DNA of 14,942 bases from Paraspadella gotoi (lineage: Eukaryota > Animalia > Chaetognatha): positions 26,761,695 through 26,776,636 of the forward strand of contig CM119267.1 in the NCBI GenBank assembly GCA_051294375.1, in the 5' to 3' direction. Made by a program: the position numbers and the translations under genes. Under the pieces are notes generated by a model. The model worked only from the letters and a program-made list of their open reading frames with translations. It was not told where the DNA came from and did not search any database. Positions 10,201-14,942 of the stretch are shown here, piece by piece (the first letter of the stretch is position 1; each line of letters opens with the position of its first letter).

Positions 10201-10619
10201 GGTTTGTGAAAATTAAGTTTTATTATTATTTGGTTTTTCGGTTATGTAGGATGTTATTCGTTTCGTCCTAGCTTTAATGTTTTTCTTGTCTTGTTTGCCT
10301 TTCTTTATTTTTCTTTTTAAGTTTCAGCCTCCCTACGCGGCTCAAATAATTGGGTTTGTCACCTGTCACTGCGCTGATTCTTCAGGGGTGGATCAGAGTT
10401 ACACTGCTCGTCATTGACGATCGGCGAGGTCGAACTTTCCCCAACAGCCTGTTATGCAGAACCGAGCGGCGGGCGGTCGCCGGGTCGGTCCGGCTCGCTA
10501 GAGAGGGCCTCGTCGCGTGAGGCGAGAAATTATGTTAGAGTCGAATGAGGTTCTGAGCCGTCCGGGTCTGACCAGGGAAATTATCGGAGATGACGGGGCG
10601 TTGCGGCACGTCGGCGCGC

Positions 10620-11913
10620 GGGCGATAGACTACCACGCAAGAGCAGNNNNNNNNNNNNNNNNNNNNNNNNNTGAAGGAAAGCTCCGCACCGCCCAGTCTA
10701 ATCTTTCCATGCCGGACGACATGGGAACATGACGGATACGGGGTTGACTTAGTCAGTAGTAGCCTACCGGGACGCCTCTGCGGCCGGGAGTATTCAATAT
10801 CTACACATGCGGACGCGATCGAAGTCATTTCACCGCCGTGGAGCGGCCAAAGAGTGGCCTGGACTTGCACGCCAGGAAGAGATCAGTGAACAAGATTCCG
10901 ATTTGTGATGTAGGGCGATCCATGAGCCGGCGTCCTGGCAGCCTCAATCCAAATCTGAGGGGAAAGAGGGCACCGAAGCCTGATCTTCAACTACCAGGGT
11001 GGGAACGACGAGACGCCGACGGCTCCTGTCCACGGGCGAATCTACTGGTGAAAATTTCACGGACGCCTAATACACATCCGAAAGACGCCAAGTTAGCGTC
11101 GAACCTTACGTTGTTAAAAGGAAAGGTGACAGATAGCTGACCGGCGTGAACTCAAAGATAGGATGCGTGTGACGTCGCCCGCTCGACATGCAGCTTACTC
11201 GCAGGAGGCGTCATCGTATGGGATGACGCCCGTGCGCAGCGGTGTCCGGCTACAGACCGGCGGAGATGTGACCGCGCACAGGATGGGATAGTGTGAGCGG
11301 TGTCGGAGGCTGACATCCGGAAGCTGATCAACGTGTGCATGATGCCAACGGAGCCCCGACGACCGTGCGGAGACCTCCCAAGGAGCATAATCGCGTCGGG
11401 GGATGCTGGACGAGCTGCTCCCGAAGCCAAGATAGCCCGGACGCCAGCGGAAGGACTGGAGGCGGTGTATGATCGATGTGCGGCGGAGCACCAGCGACGC
11501 CGCGTTCACCCTCCGCCTCATCCCGGGAGAAAAGACAAGGATGTCTAGCTGCGGACTCACGGTAGGACGAGACTTCCTCGCCCCACTTCTTCTACGTAGA
11601 GGGGACGGATTCAGGGAATCAAACGGGACACATCGGTATGGAAGCCCTCCATGAAACAGCGTCGAGAAGTTAGCGCAGAGCAACCAGGAGAAATATCGAC
11701 TCACTCACAAAAGCAGTCGACATGAGCTTTGCGTAACGCAGGGCGCGCGAAGCTATGGACGGCGGCTATCGAGGCCCACCGCTCGCCGGCGGCTACCACG
11801 TTCATCGACCGCGGCGAGATTGCGTCCTACGCGGGGAACTGTTGGTGACGCCAAATGCCGACAAACGCTCACCCTCCGGAGGGAGACCGAAAAGGTGCTT
11901 CCAAGACATGCCC
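10620..11913 (+). pseudogene. Inverted copy of the env-like ectodomain (mirror of 12035-~13300), multiply frameshifted
   Basis: GCTCCGCACCGCCCAGTCTAATCTTTCCATGCCGGACGACATGG (10681) mirrors ~13214-13258. CGAAAAGGTGCTTCCAAGACATGCCC (to 11913) mirrors GGGCATGTCTTGGAAGCACCTTTCGG (from 12035). The same peptides appear on opposite strands in the ORF track, e.g. TSDAAFTLRL..KTRMSSCGLTV and RGELLVT..RCFQDMP. Confidence 0.88.
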
Positions 11914-13400
11914 ATCTCTTTCGAGGACGTGAAGCATACCGTCACGCATCTATCATCACGTGATAGACTCCTCGTTTGAAAACCTTGCTCCTCCTCCTCC
12001 TGTACTACCAATTGGGCGACAGGTTGTCAACAACGGGCATGTCTTGGAAGCACCTTTCGGTCTCCCTCCGGAGGGTGAGCGTTTGTCGGCATTTGGCGGT
12101 CACCAACAGTTCCCCGCGTAGGACGGCAATCTCGCCGCGGTCGATGAACGTGGTAGCCGCCGGCGAGCGGTGGGCCTCGATAGCCGCCGTCCTTGCTTCG
12201 CGCGCCCGCGTTACGCAAAGCTCATGTCGTACTGCTTTTGTGAGTGAGTCGATATTCTCCTGGTTGCTCTGCGCTAACTTCGACGCTGTTTCATGGAGGG
12301 CTTCCATCACCGATGTGTCCCGTTTGATTCCCTGAATCCGTCCCTCTACGTAGAAGAAGTGGGGCGAGGAAGTCTCGTCTACCGTGAGTCCGCAGCTAGA
12401 CATCCTTGTTTTTCTCCCGGTGAGGCGGAGGGTGAATGCGGCGTCGCTGGTTCCGCCGCACATCGTCATACATCGCTCCAGACCTTCCGCGGCGTCCGGG
12501 TATCTGGCTTCGGAGCAGTCGTCAGCCATCCTCCGAGCCGATTCTCGCTCTCCTCGCCGCGTGCAGTTCTCCCAGCACGCCATGTCGGCGTGCTCGCGTT
12601 CGCCCCAGGCCGGCGCATCGACTTGATCCACTTCGGATGTCAGCCTCCGAACCGCTCACACTATCCATCCTGTGCCGCGGTACATTCGCGTTTGTAGGCC
12701 CGACTACTGCGCGCTCGCTACGGGCGTCATTCCCATACGATGACGCACTCCTGGTAGCTGCCAGTGTCCTCGGCGGGCGGACGTCGACACGATCTATCTT
12801 TGAGTCTCACTGTGGCGGCTCAGCTACTGTCACCTTCCTTTTGAACAATCGTAAGGGTTCGACGCTAAACTTGGCAGCTTTTCGGACGTGTCATAGGCGT
12901 CCGTGGAAATTTCAATGATTCAGCTCGCGTACAGGAGCCGTCGGACAGTCTCGTCGGTTCCCCACCTGGTGTTGAGAATCAGGTTGGTGCCCTCTTCCCT
13001 CGATTTGGATGGCTCGTAGGACGGCCGGCGTGATCGCTAATGCAAAATGGAATCTTGTTCATGTGATCCTTTTCCGGCGTGCAAGTCCAGGCTTCCTTGC
13101 CCGCTCCAGGGTGAAATGATCGAATTGCGCGTCGATGTTGGATATTGATCTCCACCGGCCGCAGAGGCGTCCCGGGTGGCTACTACGACTAAGTCACACC
13201 CGTATCCGTCATGTCCATGTCGTCCGGCATGGAAGATTAGATGGGCGCGGTGCGGAGCTCTTCTTTCCACAATTCGTACGCGCCTTTTCGCACTGCTGGT
13301 GTTCATCTAGCCTGCGATTTGCTGTGTTGCTCGGATGTCGCTATTTGCATCGAAAACTAGATCTCCGAGCTCTTGGTGTTTTAGAAGCCCGTGCCCGTTC
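11914..13400 (-). pseudogene. Ectodomain of env-like class III-type (chuvirus G / gB-like) fusion glycoprotein, frameshifted
   Basis: ORF 12005-12631 reads FTLRLTGRKTRMSSCGLTVDETSSPHFFYVEG...helix...ELCVTRAREARTAAIEAHRSPAATTFIDRGEIAVLRGELLVTAKCRQTLTLRRETERCFQDMPV. This fits the recalled chuvirus-G-like pattern CG..YxT..P / long helix-C / GE...C...R....CY..LPV. Upstream motifs GYGCDLVVVAT/RLCGRW and (mirror copy) CDVARSTCSLLAGGVIVWDDARAQRC fit the same Cys layout. The start is not identifiable. Confidence 0.72.
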
Positions 13401-13716
13401 TCTCCCGGACCGAGCATGGTTGCGCGTCGGACCTGCTTGCGACTGTATCGTCGAGGGCCATCAATAATCGTCTTCGATCTGCATTCTCGTAAGGTTTACA
13501 TATTTAACATTATATCGTTTTGTTTCTTAGCTTGGCCTTTCTGTTCATAAATACTGGACACTGCTCTCCACGATCGTCCCTTTGTGTTTTCTTTATCTGG
13601 TTTTATTTTGCACATTCACTGTGGGCTTCGCTCGGGTATCTTTTCCTTTCGGAAGAAAACACAAGATCGTTTCTCTTTCTTTGTTTTGTTTATCTTAATG
13701 ATTTTTTTTTCTTTCT

Positions 13717-14316
13717 TTAATTTATTTGCGTTTTATCTTGTTCGGCGCTTTTGTCTGAGTAACTTTCGGACGATCCTGTGGAGTCTTCGCTGTTTTTCCC
13801 CCCCCCTTTTTCCCCTGGGCCCTTTCTTTCAGGCGCTCTCGTAAGCTCGTCCGCTCTCTCTTGTCGTGTTGTTTCGACGGTCTGGTCCTGCGCCTTCCTC
13901 CTCCAGGCGATCCGCGAAGCGATCGGCCGGCCTTTTTTCCCCGGTGCGGTCCGGGTTGAGGAAGGAACTGGGGTCTTTCTGCTGTCTGTCTGGCCTATAT
14001 CTAAAAATTGTCCTTTTCTTCTTATACTTTCTCTTATTACTTTTCCTATTTGTTTGATTTTAGTTTCGTTTAAACGCCTTACCTTGAAGTTGAGACTTTG
14101 CGGCTGTTGATTTATGAGTTTGTTTGCCTTTTCTCTCTCTTTAATAACATTGTGTGGAATGTGTAGTTGTTTTTGTTGAGTATTTACAATTTTGGTATGT
14201 TTAGGCTCTATCCCTCCTCCTCTTAGGTTCCTGAAATTCAGTCTGAGTCGCCGCCTTTGTAGCTTAAGGGCGGCGTTCTGTTGGTAGAGTGAGCGCTTTC
14301 CGTTGATATTTATTAC
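13717..14316 (-). pseudogene. In-frame 199-codon continuation of the integrase ORF beyond the TAA at 14319-14317
   Basis: Manual translation: H*VININGKRSLYQQNAALKLQRRRLRLNFRNLRGGGIEPKHTK...SDKSAEQDKTQIN* with no other stop until 13719-13717. VININGK...LK looks like the rest of the integrase C-terminal domain. Confidence 0.6.
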
Positions 14317-14942
14317 TTAATGGTTTCCCCTAGCCTTGATCACTTTGTGTGGGCCTGTGTAAATTGTTTTCACCTTATTTTGTGTAGGTGCGGCGCCTGT
14401 TTTCAATAAGTCACATCTTGCGTAGACTTCGTCTCCTGTTTTGATCTTCTTTGGGTTTCTGAAGCGGTTTCCTCTTTTTGTAAGTCTATGCCTGATGAAT
14501 CTCTGCTCTACGATTTGTTTCTGTGCTTCTTGTTGGTTATCCGCTCGTCTCTGTGCATAATCTGCTAGGCATTCGTATGATTCTTCATCGGGCGCCTCTA
14601 TCAGTCTCGGCCTATTCCCGAATTGGAGTTCGTGTGGTGACATATTTGTTTTCCATCCTGTTATGGGCGTCGCATTCAGGGTGAGCATTAAGTATGGCAG
14701 CGCGTTGATCCATTTGTTCGGGTCATCATTTAGGGTCTTTCTTAGTGCTTGCCTAATTCTGCCTATATCTCTCTCGGCTCGATTACTGTTCTTTCTGGAG
14801 ACTAGGATCCTTCTTCCGCTCATGTCTAGCACGCTCAATATACTTCTCATCTCTTCGCCGTTTAGTGACGTGGCTCCGTCGAAATTTACCTCTAGGTAGC
14901 TACCGTGTAGCAGGAATATATTCGCGTCGAGGGCTTTGATTA
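14317..14942 (-). CDS. Ty3/gypsy-type integrase (end of pol); frame open to the window edge
   Basis: In-frame translation from 14940: IKALDANIFLLHGSYLEVNFDGATSLNGEEMRS...NSNRAERDIGRIRQALRK...KWINALPYLMLTLNATP...SPHELQFG..PR...IKTGDEVY...KVKTIYTGPHKVI. This gives the second catalytic D and E (34 residues between), the W..LP....N and SP.EL.FG motifs, and a GPY/F-like module. Confidence 0.92.
   Translation of the reverse strand, partial: IKALDANIFLLHGSYLEVNFDGATSLNGEEMRSILSVLDMSGRRILVSRKNSNRAERDIGRIRQALRKTLNDDPNKWINALPYLMLTLNATPITGWKTNMSPHELQFGNRPRLIEAPDEESYECLADYAQRRADNQQEAQKQIVEQRFIRHRLTKRGNRFRNPKKIKTGDEVYARCDLLKTGAAPTQNKVKTIYTGPHKVIKARGNH

Larger units (their letters stand above)
6039..14942 (-). 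mobile_element. Rearranged env-bearing Ty3/gypsy-type LTR retroelement (integrase - env-like - 3' LTR); continues beyond the window and is interrupted by inverted copies and host sequence
   Basis: Minus-strand order is integrase (14942-14317), basic extension, glycoprotein 5' part (~13400-11914), glycoprotein 3' part with TM (7025-6467), G-rich tract, then an LTR-like segment ending ACA. Assigning all parts to one element is inferred from gene order and orientation. Confidence 0.65.

Noticed and set aside
7026-11913. Simple inversion between two tandem element copies
   Set aside because: It fits the repeat geometry, but it would mean the probable NSUN5 exon 2 was originally antisense to exon 1. 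It would become viable again if that exon call is wrong.
11914-12034. Shared loop as a missed PacBio SMRTbell adapter (begins ATCTCT, contains TCCTCCTCCTCC and GTTGT)
   Set aside because: It is 121 bp rather than ~45 nt. The two loops share much non-adapter sequence (CACGCATCTA, ACGTGATAGA, ACCAATTGGG). It also translates as the expected link between CFQDMPV and KEMGIYGRP of the glycoprotein. Other artefact routes remain open.
6686-13467. The many GC-rich short ORFs on both strands as independent genes
   Set aside because: They are alternate-frame or antisense readings of the mirrored env copies.
13785-13822. GGGGAAAAAGGGGGGGGGAAAAAC (minus) as a programmed frameshift site or PPT
   Set aside because: Homopolymer lengths are unreliable in this assembly, no LTR follows it, and no downstream stimulatory structure was identified.

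Overview
Eukaryotic (probably invertebrate animal) genomic DNA from a draft assembly with N-gaps and indel-rich, long-read-like stretches. Bases 1-5.3 kb are AT-rich and non-coding: a ~1 kb tandem duplication, CT-rich simple repeats and minisatellites. At 5730 a plus-strand gene begins whose first exon matches the N-terminus of NSUN5/Rcm1 (rRNA m5C methyltransferase), with a frameshifted probable exon 2 near 8.3-8.5 kb. The rest is mainly a minus-strand Ty3/gypsy-type LTR retroelement: an integrase at the right edge, an env-like gene with the cysteine pattern of class III (chuvirus-G / herpes-gB-like) fusion glycoproteins, and a probable 3' LTR. The env gene is split into two large fold-back palindromes (6039-8167 and ~10.6-13.3 kb) that share the same ~120 bp loop, which is itself the middle of env and is flanked by ATGCCC/GGGCAT. 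Whether this rearrangement is real or an amplification/assembly artefact cannot be settled from the sequence. Family calls come from motif recognition by eye, not database searches.
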